Origin: an uncultured delta proteobacterium | GTDB taxonomy: Bacteria; Myxococcota_A; Polyangia; Polyangiales; B10-G4 | DNA length: 64,000 nucleotides | Assembly (NCBI GenBank): GCA_963727445.1 | Contig: CAVSGI010000002.1 | Location: 1-64,000, forward strand | Direction: 5' to 3' | Part shown: positions 8,596-19,564 of the stretch, piece by piece | How positions within the stretch are numbered: the stretch's first letter is position 1 | Layout: every line of letters starts with the position of its first letter | Notes under the pieces: generated by a model | The model's database searches: none | Told to the model about the DNA's origin: nothing | What the model saw: only the letters and a program-made list of their open reading frames with translations | Position numbers and translations under genes: made by a program

Positions 8596-10305
8596 CTACT
8601 CGTTGAGGTCGAGCGTCAGATCCTGAGCACCGCCGAGCCGGAGTGTGCTCGTCTCGCCCGGGTTGAGCAAGCTCCCCCCTTCGAGGTCGCCGCCCAGGCT
8701 GGGGCCCTCACCGAGGTCCAGCTCTCCGTCCCCGAGCAGTGACGAGCCGCCCCCCAGCTGGAAGTCGCCGTCGGGCAGAGCGGCCGCCTCCTCGTCGTCC
8801 CAATCCTCGCTGTCCCAATCCTCGTCGTCCGCGAGGGGCTCCTCGAGTGCGGTCGGCCCGAGCACCTGCTCGATCAGCTGCGTGACCTGCGGAACCTGCG
8901 CCGAGGGGACCATCTCGAGGATGGCGTGCGCCTGGCGACGCATCTCGTCGTAGTTCGAGGCAGCGCGGAGGATCTGCGCCGCGGAGAGGCGCGTCTGCCA
9001 GTCGTGGGGCTTTCGCTCGATCGCCTCCATCGCCATCTCCGCCGCCCGGTCGAGCTCGTGGGTCGACATGTAGTAGTTGGCCCAGAGCATCGGGAGGATC
9101 GGCAGGTCGGCGTCGAGCCGCTGCGCCTCCTCGAGCTCCTCGCGGCCGGCTTCCATCTCGCCCTGCGCCATCTCGAGGGCGGCCTGGGTCGCGTGACCAC
9201 CGGCGAAGTCCGGGTGCATCTCGAGGGCGGCCGCGACCTGCCGGCCGGCGCGATCGTAATCCTGCTGAGCCAGCGCGATGCCGGCGAGGTTGTTCAGGCG
9301 TGGCGCGTCCCGGCGCAGCTGCGCGGCCGCCTCGAACTCCTCGAGCGCCTCTTCGGTGCCGCCGGAGGTCAAGAGCACCACGCCCCGAACCGAGCGGATC
9401 GAAGGCGAACGGCGGTCCATGGAGAGCGCTTCCTGCGACAGGTCGAAGGCCTGATCGTGCTCGCCCTCCGCGACCAGGGTGTGGATCGCGAGGTGGTTGG
9501 TGAAAGCCCCGAGCACCGCCAGGTCGTCGATGACCCGGTAATCGTCCTCTTCGGGCTCGGTGCCGCGGCCACCGTAGGGATCGAAGATCTTCGGGGTGCC
9601 CACGCCGACCTCTCCGTCGTAGACCGCGATGCCGAAGTAGCCGAAGTGACCGCTCGGATCCGGCGGGCTCCGGTCGTTGGGGAAGGCGTAGATCTCGGCG
9701 AGCATCGCATCGACGCCGGCGGAGCGGAGCGCCGACGCGGCCACAAGCGCGACCTCGAGGGAGTAGAGCTTCTCGCGCGCGCCGTCCTCGGCCATCTTTT
9801 CGTAGGCGCGGGCGGCGGTGCGCACCGGCGTGTCGCGCGGCGCGCTCGTGGGCCAGGTCACGTAGGCGGCGGCGCTGGCGCGCTCACGGATCTCGTCGAC
9901 GATGCTCTCGGCTTTGGCCGCGTTCGAGCTTCCGCTCGCCGACGAGCCGAGCTCTTCGATGGCGTCGCTCGCCTCGAAGAGGTCCAGCCGGTCCTCCGGC
10001 ACGGTGGCGCCCACGCGGCGCGCGTGTCCCTCGAGCTCCCCCCGCGACAGGGGCCGCATCGGGACCTCGTCTCCGACCGAGACCGGGGCGTCGTGCGCCC
10101 AGTAGAAGTACCCGCCGACCAGGGCAGCGACGACGATGGCGATGCCCCCGGGCACCACCCACTTGGGCTGCTCTTTGGCCTTGGCCTTCTTCTCGTCCCG
10201 GATCTTCTCCACCCCGCCGACGCGCATGCACTCGGGACATCGGGGCTTTTTCTTCTCACCGTCGTATTCGAAGCGGTGATCGCAGTGAACGCAGAGATAA
10301 CGCAT
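8596..10305 (-). CDS. Zn-ribbon + TM + transglutaminase-like + TPR protein with acidic tail
   Basis: MRYLCVHC..RCPEC; one TM; several TPR-like repeats (EEALEEFEAAAQL, LNNLAGIAL, AAALEMHPDFAGGH). Confidence 0.8.
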   Translation of the reverse strand: MRYLCVHCDHRFEYDGEKKKPRCPECMRVGGVEKIRDEKKAKAKEQPKWVVPGGIAIVVAALVGGYFYWAHDAPVSVGDEVPMRPLSRGELEGHARRVGATVPEDRLDLFEASDAIEELGSSASGSSNAAKAESIVDEIRERASAAAYVTWPTSAPRDTPVRTAARAYEKMAEDGAREKLYSLEVALVAASALRSAGVDAMLAEIYAFPNDRSPPDPSGHFGYFGIAVYDGEVGVGTPKIFDPYGGRGTEPEEDDYRVIDDLAVLGAFTNHLAIHTLVAEGEHDQAFDLSQEALSMDRRSPSIRSVRGVVLLTSGGTEEALEEFEAAAQLRRDAPRLNNLAGIALAQQDYDRAGRQVAAALEMHPDFAGGHATQAALEMAQGEMEAGREELEEAQRLDADLPILPMLWANYYMSTHELDRAAEMAMEAIERKPHDWQTRLSAAQILRAASNYDEMRRQAHAILEMVPSAQVPQVTQLIEQVLGPTALEEPLADDEDWDSEDWDDEEAAALPDGDFQLGGGSSLLGDGELDLGEGPSLGGDLEGGSLLNPGETSTLRLGGAQDLTLDLNE

Positions 10306-10414
10306 GATCTTCGTGGGGCTCGGGCCCGCGGAGCATAGTCCGAGCAAGCGCCTTTTTCACGCCGGACAACCCACAAAAAGCCGCCTGGATTCCACTCTCG
10401 GAGCGGCGTAAACC

Positions 10415-11443
10415 GTGTTCGTGGCCCGCTTCGTGCCCATGGCGCTCCTGCCGCTCCTTCTCCTCGCCTGCTCCCTCGACCGATTCGCGATCGCACCGAG
10501 CGGCGGCACGGACGCGCGGGTGGGCATCGACGGCGCCGCCTGCGAGCCGGGAACCTTCGACGCCAATGGCGACCCCTCGGACGGATGCGAGTGCACGCCC
10601 ACCGCGCCCATGACCGAGCTCTGCGACGGCTTCGACAACGACTGCGACGAGAGCACGCCGGACGGCTCGGAAGACCCGGGCATCGGCCCGCCCTGCGACG
10701 GCACCGACGACGACCTCTGCGAAGAGGGGAGCTGGGCGTGCATCGGTGGTCGCGCGGTCTGCGAGGACGCGACCGACAACTCCCGCGAGATGTGCAACGA
10801 GGCGGACGACGACTGCGACGGCATGGTCGACGAGACCGTGGGTACCGAGTACTACGCCGACGCCGACAGCGACGGGTACGGCACCGACAGTGACGTCGTC
10901 ATCAGCTGCACGCCCCTCGACGGACGCGAGCCGCGCGGAGGCGACTGCGACGACTACGACGACCAGGTGAACCCGGGACGGCCGGAGACCTGCGGCAACT
11001 TCCAGGACGACGACTGCGACGGGGTGCTCGACAACGGCTGCGAGTGCGTGAGCGTCGTCGAAGGCGGGCGTCTCTATTCCTTCTGTTCCGGCGATCTGGA
11101 TTGGCGAGACGCGCGGGACCGGTGCACATCGCGCGGGCAGGCGCTCGCGAGCCTGGAGACGGACGAGGAAGACGCCTTCGTGGTCGGTCAGGTCCGGGCT
11201 CGTGGCCTCGCGCCTGCATGGGTCGGACTCCACGACATCGGAGACGAGGGCAACTGGCGCTGGGTGGACGAGACGCCGATCGCGCGCACCGCGTGGGGGC
11301 CGGGAGAGCCCAACAACGGACCGGGTTGCTGCTTGAACGACGAGAACTGCGGCGTGGTCGCCTGGCATCCGGATCCGGACACGTGGAACGACGACCAGTG
11401 CAGCAACACTCACGCGTACGTCTGTGAGAGTGGCGCGCCGTGA
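10415..11443 (+). CDS. Lipoprotein with Cys/Asp metal-binding repeats and a C-terminal C-type lectin domain
   Basis: LLA-CSLD; E.CDG.DNDCD and GDCDD..VNPG repeats; CTLD motifs WRDARDRC, AWVGL.D, GEPNN, ENC, WNDDQC, YVCE. Confidence 0.85.
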   Translation: MFVARFVPMALLPLLLLACSLDRFAIAPSGGTDARVGIDGAACEPGTFDANGDPSDGCECTPTAPMTELCDGFDNDCDESTPDGSEDPGIGPPCDGTDDDLCEEGSWACIGGRAVCEDATDNSREMCNEADDDCDGMVDETVGTEYYADADSDGYGTDSDVVISCTPLDGREPRGGDCDDYDDQVNPGRPETCGNFQDDDCDGVLDNGCECVSVVEGGRLYSFCSGDLDWRDARDRCTSRGQALASLETDEEDAFVVGQVRARGLAPAWVGLHDIGDEGNWRWVDETPIARTAWGPGEPNNGPGCCLNDENCGVVAWHPDPDTWNDDQCSNTHAYVCESGAP

Positions 11444-11793
11444 GCCGCCCGGCTCCGCTCGAAGACGACGCCGGGCTCGACTGCCTCACCTGCGGCGCCT
11501 GCTGCCGAACCGGCGCCGACGGGCGGATCCTGATCCCGGCGGACGACTTGATCTTCTGGCGCCGCATCGGCCGCGCCGACCTCACCGAGCGCATCCAACC
11601 CGGGCACTTCGGCGAGGTCGCCTTCGCCACCGACGACACCGGCGCCTGCGTGCACCTCGGGACCGACGAGAGCGACAACGCCTGCCAGATCTACGCGATC
11701 CGCGGCACCACCTGCCGCGAGTTCGAGCGCGGTAGCCGCCAGTGCCTCGAGTTCCGGCGGGACTTCGGGGTGGACGAGAGGCTCACTCGCTGA
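11440..11793 (+). CDS. YkgJ-family CxxCxxCC Fe-S/Zn cluster protein
   Basis: DCLTCGACC, CVHL, CQIYAIRGTTCREF; GTGA overlap with the upstream gene. Confidence 0.85.
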   Translation: MSRPAPLEDDAGLDCLTCGACCRTGADGRILIPADDLIFWRRIGRADLTERIQPGHFGEVAFATDDTGACVHLGTDESDNACQIYAIRGTTCREFERGSRQCLEFRRDFGVDERLTR

Positions 11794-14700
11794 AGAGCTC
11801 GTCGATGTCGTTCTTGGTCAGGCCCTTGAGCGGGCTGCCCTCGGTCGACAGGACGTTCTCCATCAGGGCGCGCTTCTTGGCCGAGAGCTGGAGGATCTTC
11901 TCTTCGACCGTGCCCTTGGCGATCAGGCGGTAGACGCTGACGACCTTGGTCTGGCCGATGCGGTGGGCGCGGTCGGTGGCCTGGTCCTCGACCGCCGGGT
12001 TCCACCAGGGATCGAAGTGGATGACGGTGTCGGCGCCGGTGAGGTTCAGGCCGGTGCCGCCCGCCTTGAGCGAGATGAGGAACGCCGTGGTGCTGTCGTC
12101 GTCGTTGAAGCGATCGACCCGATCCATGCGGTCCTTGGTGGAGCCGTCGAGGTACTCGTAGTTCACGCCGTCCTCGTCCATCGCGTCGCGGATGTGATGG
12201 AGCATGGTGACGAACTGGCTGAAGATCAGGACGCGGTGACCGCCTTCCTTGGCTTCCTGGACGATCTCCCGCAGCGCGGAGAGCTTGCCGCTCTCCTCCG
12301 GGCCCCACTCGACGTTCGATCGCTCGAGCTTCATCAGCCGCGGGTCGCACGCGACCTGCCTGCAGGCGCGTGAGGGCGGCGAGGATCTGGATCTGGGCCT
12401 TGCTGACGCCCTTTTTCTCGACCTCTCGAGTACACGCTCTTGCGAACCTCGCGGAGGATCTGCCGGTAGAGCTTCGCCTGCTCGTCGGAGAGCGGAACGA
12501 TGATCTCCTGCTCGATCTTCTCCGGCAGCTCGGGGGCCACCTCGGACTTGGTGCGGCGCAGCACGAAGGGCTGAATGGTCTTGCGGAGCTTGTTGGCGGT
12601 GGCCTCGTCGCCTCGGTCGATGGGTCGCGCGATCTTCTCTTCGAAGGTCTTGAGGTCACCGAGCAGGCCCGGCGAGACGAAGTCGATGATCGACCAGAAC
12701 TCGCTGAGCCGGTTCTCGATGGGAGTACCGGTCGAGCGCCAGGCGCCGCTCGCTCTTGAGCTTCTTCGCCGCGCGCGGCGGTCGCGCTCATCGGGTTCTT
12801 GATGTGCTGAGCTTCGTCGAGGATGACGTAGCGGAACTCCTTGTTCTCCAGCATCTCTTCGTCGCGACGAACAGCGCGTAGCTGGTGATCATCACGTCGA
12901 CGTCGTCGATCTCATCCTGTTGGTCGAAGCGATTCGGACCCTGCCAGAGGAGCGTCTTGAGACCGGGGGCGAACTTCTCGATCTCGCGCTGCCAGTTCGG
13001 CACGACCGAGGTGGGCGCGATGACCAGGCTGGGCCCCGACTTCTTCTTGAGCCCTTCTTCGGCTTCCACGAGGATCAGGGCGATGGTCTGCAGGGTCTTA
13101 CCGAGACCCATGTCGTCGGCCAGGATGCCGCCGCTGCCGAGGTTGTGGATGAAGACCAGCCAGCTGAAGCCCTTCTTCTGATAGTCGCGGAGCGTCGCCT
13201 TGAGCGACCGGGGCTTGGCGACCGCCGGGATGTCGCCGACGTCGGCGAGCTTGCCGAAGAGCTCTTTGGCCTTGGGCGTGACCTTCTGCCGGTTGACCAG
13301 GCGTGAGCAGGTCTTGAACGCGACCCGCCTGGCTCAGCGAGAGCTTGTCGGCCCCGCCCGAGGTGATCGTCGATCTCGGCGAGGCGCGCGAGCACCTCGC
13401 CGACCTGGTCCGGATCGACAGGCGCGTAGGTGCCGTCCTCGAGCTGCACCAGCCGTCGGCCCTTCTCGAGGCACGCGCGGAGCTCGTCGGCGTCGACGGC
13501 GACTCCGCCCGCGTCGAAGGTCATGTTCAGGCTCATCCAGTCGACGCCGCTCGATACGCGCATCTGTGGGGTCACGGTCTGATTGCGGATCGTCACGTCG
13601 ACGAGGTCGTCGGGGATGTAGCGGTCCCAGGTCTCGGGCAGGGATCCGAGCCCTTCGGTCCAGAAGGGGATCGCCTGCTCGCCGTGGACCTCCATCGCCT
13701 CGCCGGACTCGTCGGGTGAGAAGCCGAGGTTCATGAGCATCTGGACGGCGCTCATCTCGTTGCCGACGTCACGGCGCACCACGCGGGGGCGCCCGCCTTC
13801 CTCGCCGGTGGCAGGAACGCGAGCGGCGAGGGGAACCCGTCGACGGGGATCGGGAACTCCTGGTCGTCGTAGCTCACCTTGAGCCGCGCGATCGCGTCGA
13901 CGATGTCGCCGTCGACCTTGAGCGCGATGCTCGGCGTCGCGTCGACCAGATCGGCGACGGAGTGGAGGTCCGGGAGCTCGGCGCCGAGGAGCGCGGCGGC
14001 GCGGGGAATGATGTCCGACAACAGGCGCGGCAGCTCGGCGATGGGCATCACCAGCGCGGGCGAGCGATAGAGCCGCTGCAGCCACGCTGGCGTCACCGTA
14101 TCCACCACGTGGCGGGCTACGCCTTCGTCCACGTCGATGTGATAGCCCGGCGTTCCCTCGAACCACGCGCCCTTGGACAGCGCGAAGCGGCGACCGTTGC
14201 TCTCGAAGGCCACCCGCACCCGGACCGCATCGTCACCAGCGATGTCGAGCTCGATCACCGGCTTCAGGGGCTCGTCGCTGAAGCGGAGCTCCATCGACTG
14301 GGGCTCGATGAGCACCCGTCGGGTCTCGAGCATCGACAGGAGCTCCGCTGCGTCCTCGCCGCGGAGCTCGGCGGTCGCCGGCTGACCGCGACCCACGTGG
14401 CGCGCGAGGGCGCGCAGCAGGGGGCGCTCCTCGGTGGAGACCACGTTGAAGCCGCCAAGCGCGTCGGCGATGTTGACCGCGGTCCGCGTACCGGCCAGGA
14501 CCGGGGTGACCGCGATGGACGCCGAACGCACCGCGAGGCGGTACTCGAACTCATAGGGCTTGGGCAGGATGTCCGAAGGCATCCACGCTTCGAGGCTGCC
14601 GCGGTCCTCGGCGCGCGGCCCGGTGAGGTCGCGCCCGGAGAGCACCTCGAGCTTCGAGGCGTCGCCGCCCGAGCCTCCCCGACGACGGCGACGACTGCGC

Positions 14701-15194
14701 CGGCGCTTGCCGCCGACCGAGACGGTCTGCGGCACGTGGACCGGCTGCGAGCCGTTGCTCTTGTCCTTCTTCTTCTTCTGCTGGTCCTGCTTGGGCCGCG
14801 GCGGACGCTCACGGTCGCGCAGCGAGACCAGGATGGCCGCGATGTGCTTGCAGTGACCGGTCGGCCCCCGAAAGCCGGGGCAGGTGCAGCTCGAGACGAT
14901 CTTGTGCTCGTCGTCGAGGGTGACCTTCATCCTGTAGGGCTCGTCGACGTTGCGAACCTTGATCTGCGCGGTGGCCCAGTCGTCCTTCGCCTTGAGGCCT
15001 TCGACGGCCTTGCGGCGCGCGTAGATGCGCCCGCGCAAGAAGGCGTTGCCGCCGGTGATGCGCTGAATCGCCCGGTCGCTGAGACCAGCCGCGAAACGAC
15101 AGATCGGATCCTTCCCTTCGAGGGAATCCTTGTCGTCCGCGGCGTCGTCGTCGGACTCTTCGAGCTCTCTATCCTGAGCCGGGGTCTCGGCCAT
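11783..15194 (-). CDS. SWIM zinc finger + SNF2-family helicase, split by several frameshifts between about 12.3 and 13.8 kb
   Basis: SWIM motif CTCP...HCKH; ADDMGLGKTLQ, ILDEAQHIKN, LRRTK, LIFSQF, ISLKAGGTGLNLT and DPWWNPAVEDQATDRAHRIGQ appear in order across successive frames. Confidence 0.9.
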
Positions 15195-15398
15195 GTCTGT
15201 GTACGGCTCCGGCGATTTCCGCGCCCTCTCCCGAGGCGCGAGGAACCCGCCATTGGCTCCCCTAATCGGTCGGTGGAACGGCCCTCCCGCGGGCGGGAGG
15301 GGCCTGGCAGGCACCCGATCGCGGCCGAAGGCCAGGCGACTGGGGCACCTGAAAGCTCATATGGCACGGCCCCGGACGAAGGGCAAGCGCCAATCCGA

Positions 15399-16850
15399 TC
15401 AGCCCAGTTGGGCCAGGAGGGCGTCGACGTTCTTCTTGGCGTCGCCGAAGAGCATCCGGGTGTTCGGCTTGAAGAAGAGCGGGTTCTGGACGCCGGCGTA
15501 GCCGCTGGCCATGGAGCGCTTCATCACGACCACGGTGCTGGCGTTCCAGACCTCGAGGACCGGCATGCCCGCGATCGGGCTCGCCGGATCGTCGAGGGCG
15601 CTGGGGTTCACGATGTCGTTGGCGCCCACCACCATCACCACGTCGGTGTCTCCGAAGTCCTCGTTGATCTCGTCCATCTCGAGGACGATGTCGTACGGGA
15701 CGTTGGCCTCGGCGAGGAGCACGTTCATGTGGCCGGGCAGCCGGCCCGCGACCGGGTGGATGGCGAAACGGACCTTTGCCCCGGCTTCTCGGAGCCTCTG
15801 GGTCATGTCGTTGATGGAGCCCTGGGCGCGCGCCACCGCCATGCCGTAGCCCGGAACGATGATCACGCTTCGGGCTTCCTTGAGCAGCTTCGCGGTCTCG
15901 TCGACCTCGATCGCCGTCACCGTGCCCTCGACCTTGGCGCCACCCGCCGCCGGCGCCGCCCCCTCGTTGGCCCCGAAGCCGCCGAAGATCACGTTCCAGA
16001 TCGAGCGATTCATCGCCCGGCACATGATGTAGCTGAGGATCGCGCCGCTCGAGCCCACCAGCGCGCCGGTGATGATCAACAGATCGTTCTCGAGCATGAA
16101 GCCGGCGGCGGCCGCGGCCCATCCCGAGTAGCTGTTGAGCATCGAGACGACGACGGGCATGTCGGCGCCACCGATGGCCACGACGAGGTGAATGCCGAGG
16201 ACTCCGGAGATCGCGGTGACGATGAGGAGCGACTCGAGCCCGACATCGGCGTTGGTGATGCCGCGGTACATCAGATAGCCCGAGCCGATCACGATGCCGA
16301 GGTTCAAGAAGTGTCGCCCGGGGATGAGGAGCGGCTTGCTGCGGAAGAGTGGGATCAGCTTCGCGAGCTTGCCAGCCTGGAGCTTGCCGAAGGCGATCAC
16401 CGAGCCGGTGAAGGTGAGCGAGCCGACGAAGACGCCGACGAAGATCTCCACCTCGTGGATGACGAGCGCGGCGTGCATCTCGTCGGGAGCGAGGTTGCCG
16501 AGGTTCTCGCGGAGGGTCGACTCCGGGACGAGGTAGCTCGAGATCCCCACCAGCACCGCAGCCGCGCCGACGAAGCTGTGCAGCAGCGCCACCAGCTGAG
16601 GCATCGACTCCATCGCCACCCGCTGGGCCACCACCGCGCCGATCACGAAGCCCACCAGGACCATCCCGCCGACGTTCGCGTAGGCGCTGACCTGATCGCT
16701 CAGGGTCGTGGCGACCAGGGCGATCACCATGCCGACGATGCCGTACAGGTTGCCGCGGCGGGCGCTGGTCTGCGCGGAGAGGCCGCCGAGGCTCAAGATG
16801 AACAGGACCCCGGCGACGAGATAGGAGATGGTGAGGAGCTCGTGGGTCAT
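15399..16850 (-). CDS. pntB: NAD(P) transhydrogenase subunit beta
   Basis: [75 protein letters not shown]. Confidence 0.97.
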   Translation of the reverse strand: MTHELLTISYLVAGVLFILSLGGLSAQTSARRGNLYGIVGMVIALVATTLSDQVSAYANVGGMVLVGFVIGAVVAQRVAMESMPQLVALLHSFVGAAAVLVGISSYLVPESTLRENLGNLAPDEMHAALVIHEVEIFVGVFVGSLTFTGSVIAFGKLQAGKLAKLIPLFRSKPLLIPGRHFLNLGIVIGSGYLMYRGITNADVGLESLLIVTAISGVLGIHLVVAIGGADMPVVVSMLNSYSGWAAAAAGFMLENDLLIITGALVGSSGAILSYIMCRAMNRSIWNVIFGGFGANEGAAPAAGGAKVEGTVTAIEVDETAKLLKEARSVIIVPGYGMAVARAQGSINDMTQRLREAGAKVRFAIHPVAGRLPGHMNVLLAEANVPYDIVLEMDEINEDFGDTDVVMVVGANDIVNPSALDDPASPIAGMPVLEVWNASTVVVMKRSMASGYAGVQNPLFFKPNTRMLFGDAKKNVDALLAQLG

Positions 16851-16860
16851 CGTCAGCGCC

Positions 16861-18429
16861 TCACTTCCGGAACATCTGGAGCATGCGCTTCGTGACCAGG
16901 AAGCCGCCGCTGACGTTGATCATCGCGATGAGGATCGCGATGGCACCGAGTATCGCCGCCGGGCCCGTCTCCATGCCCGCCTTCTGGCTGAGCATGCCGC
17001 CGACGATGATGATCCCGCTGATGGCGTTGGTCACGCTCATCAGCGGCGTGTGAAGCGCCGGCGTCACGTTCCACACGACCTGCCAGCCGACGAAGCACGC
17101 GAGGACGAACACCGTGAGGTGCGCCAAGAAACCGGGGGGCGCGTAGTAGCCCACCCCAGTCATCGCCACCGCTGCAGCAATCAGGGTCAGGGGTCCGCGG
17201 AGGTCCGCGGCGTCCTTCTGCCGCTCGACCCCCTTCTCCGCGACGTGCCGCGTCGCGGGAAGCGACGCCGAGCTCTTCGGCTCGACCTTGGGCGGCGGCT
17301 GAGGAGGCGAGGAAGGCTTGGGCGGCGGCCAGGTGACCTCGCCTTCATGGCTCACCAGCGCGCCGCGAACGCACTCGTCCCCCATGTCGACCTTCCAACC
17401 TTCGGCGCCGCCCATGTCGTGCAGCAGGTGGTAGATGTTGTTGGCGTAGAGGCGGGACGCCTGCGCGGACATGCGGCTCGGCAGATCGGTGTAGCCGATG
17501 AGCGTCACCCCGTGTTTCACCGTCTTTTCGCCGGGAACCGTGCCTTCGCAATTGCCGCCCTGCTCGGCGGCGAGGTCCACCACCACCGAGCCGGTGGCCA
17601 TCTTCTCGAGCATGTCCTCGGTCCAGAGGGTCGGCGCCTTCTTGCCGGGGATGAGCGCCGTCGTGATGACGATGTCGACCTCTTTCGCCTGTTCGCGAAA
17701 GAGCTTCATCTCGGCGTCGATGAACTCCTTGCTCATCACCTTCGCGTAGCCGCCGGTGCCTTCGCCCTCTTCCTCGAAGTCGAGCTCGAGGAACTCGGCG
17801 CCCATGGACTGAACCTGTTCCTTGACCGCCGGTCGCGTGTCGAAGGCGCGGACGATGGCGCCGAGACCGCGCGCCGCGCCGATGGCCGCGAGCCCCGCGA
17901 CGCCCGCGCCGATCACCAGAACTTTCGCCGGCGGAACCTTGCCCGCCGCCGTCATCTGACCGGTGAAGAACCGACCGAAGGCGTTCGCCGCCTCGACCAC
18001 CGCACGGTAGCCCGCGATGTTCGCCATCGAGCTGAGGGCGTCCATCTTCTGGGCCCGCGTGATGCGCGGGATCTGGTCCATCGCCAGCGCGGTGATCTTC
18101 CGGTCGGCGAGGTGCTTCACCAGCGCTTCGTTCTGCGCGGGGTGCAGGAAGGAGATGAGGGTGGTCCCCTCCTTCATCATGTCGATCTGCGCCTCGGTCG
18201 GTGGCCGGACCGCGCTCACCACATCGCACTCGCCGAAGACCTCGGCGGCGCTCTTGGCGACGGTGGCGCCGGCCGCCTCGTAGTCCCCATCGAGGAACCC
18301 TGCCTCGTCCCCTGCCCCCGTCTCGACCACCACCTCGAAACCGAGCTTCTGGAGCTTCTTCACGGAGTCGGGGGAGACCGCCACCCTCCGCTCGTCCGCT
18401 CCGACTTCTTTGGGGATTCCGACCTTCAT
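16861..18429 (-). CDS. pntA: NAD(P) transhydrogenase subunit alpha (domain I plus TM part in one chain)
   Basis: [61 protein letters not shown]. Confidence 0.97.
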   Translation of the reverse strand: MKVGIPKEVGADERRVAVSPDSVKKLQKLGFEVVVETGAGDEAGFLDGDYEAAGATVAKSAAEVFGECDVVSAVRPPTEAQIDMMKEGTTLISFLHPAQNEALVKHLADRKITALAMDQIPRITRAQKMDALSSMANIAGYRAVVEAANAFGRFFTGQMTAAGKVPPAKVLVIGAGVAGLAAIGAARGLGAIVRAFDTRPAVKEQVQSMGAEFLELDFEEEGEGTGGYAKVMSKEFIDAEMKLFREQAKEVDIVITTALIPGKKAPTLWTEDMLEKMATGSVVVDLAAEQGGNCEGTVPGEKTVKHGVTLIGYTDLPSRMSAQASRLYANNIYHLLHDMGGAEGWKVDMGDECVRGALVSHEGEVTWPPPKPSSPPQPPPKVEPKSSASLPATRHVAEKGVERQKDAADLRGPLTLIAAAVAMTGVGYYAPPGFLAHLTVFVLACFVGWQVVWNVTPALHTPLMSVTNAISGIIIVGGMLSQKAGMETGPAAILGAIAILIAMINVSGGFLVTKRMLQMFRK

Positions 18430-18540
18430 CGGGGCCCGATCAACCACTCGGGGGCCCTCTGGTCAAGGGCGATCCCACAACAAAGCGGGCGGACCGGTGA
18501 AAGACCGACAATGTCCGCGGCCGGTGTACCATTCGCGTCC

Positions 18541-19554
18541 GTGAGTCCCCCGAAAGAGACAGTGCTCCTGACGGGAGGCGCGGGCTACGTGGGCGCGGCC
18601 CTTGCGCCGCGGCTTCTCGCCGACGGGTGGCGGGTGCGGATCCTGGATCTCTACCTCTATGGCCGAGAGCCGCTGGACGCCGTGCGCGACCACCCGGGCT
18701 TCGAAGAGATCGAAGGCGACATCCGCGACCCCGAGGTCGTGCGCCGGGCGGTGGAGGGCGTCGATGCGGTGCTGCACCTGGCCTGCATCTCGAACGACCC
18801 GAGCTTCGAGCTGGACCCGACCCTGGGCAAGTCGATCAACTTCGACGCCTTCGAGCCCCTGGTGGACGCGAGCCGCGCTGCGGGGGTGCGCCGTTTCATC
18901 TACGCCTCGAGCGCCAGCGTCTACGGGATCAGCGACGCGCCCGAGGTGAGCGAGGACCACCCCCTCGCCCCCCTCACCGACTACAGCAAGTTCAAGGCGA
19001 TGTGCGAGCCCATCCTGCTCTCGCGACAGTCGGAGGACTTCACCACCCTGGTGATCCGCCCGGCAACGCTCTGCGGATACTCGCCCCGGCTGCGCCTCGA
19101 TCTGACGGTGAACATCCTGACCAACCTCGCCTATCACCGAGGAGAGATCACGGTGTTCGGCGGCAGCCAGCTGAGGCCACACATCCACATCAGAGACCTC
19201 TGCCGCTACTACCAGGTCCTGCTGCGGGCGGAGCCCTCACGCATCGGCGGCAAGATCTACAACGCCGGCTACCAGAACAATCCGGTATCCGAGCTCGCCG
19301 AAATCGTGCGCGAGGTCGTGCAGAACGAGACCGGTCGAACGGTCGAGATCACCACCACGCCCACCAACGATCCGCGCTCGTATCACATCGTCGCCAATCG
19401 GATCGCCGAAGAGCAGGGGCTCTCGCCCGAGCTGCGAATCGAAGATGCGGTCGCAGAGCTGGTGGACGCTTTCGAGTCGGGTCTCGTGCCCGATTCCCTC
19501 GACGACGACAGGTACTTCAACGTCAAGCTGATGAAGCGGGTAGCGCTCGACTGA
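18541..19554 (+). CDS. NAD-dependent epimerase/dehydratase (extended SDR); alternative start 18511
   Basis: LTGGAGYVG, YASSASVYG, YSKFK; TACCAT box 8 nt before GTG 18541. Confidence 0.9.
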   Translation: MSPPKETVLLTGGAGYVGAALAPRLLADGWRVRILDLYLYGREPLDAVRDHPGFEEIEGDIRDPEVVRRAVEGVDAVLHLACISNDPSFELDPTLGKSINFDAFEPLVDASRAAGVRRFIYASSASVYGISDAPEVSEDHPLAPLTDYSKFKAMCEPILLSRQSEDFTTLVIRPATLCGYSPRLRLDLTVNILTNLAYHRGEITVFGGSQLRPHIHIRDLCRYYQVLLRAEPSRIGGKIYNAGYQNNPVSELAEIVREVVQNETGRTVEITTTPTNDPRSYHIVANRIAEEQGLSPELRIEDAVAELVDAFESGLVPDSLDDDRYFNVKLMKRVALD

Positions 19555-19564
19555 GCGGATCGTC

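Noticed and set aside
15362..15377. TGGCACG as a sigma54 promoter
   Set aside because: No GC at the -12 position and no + strand gene downstream.
13962..19554. Long + strand ORFs 13962..16895 and the 5' part of 16828..19554
   Set aside because: Antisense shadows of SNF2 and pntAB, typical of high-GC DNA; only the part from about 18511-18541 is a real gene.
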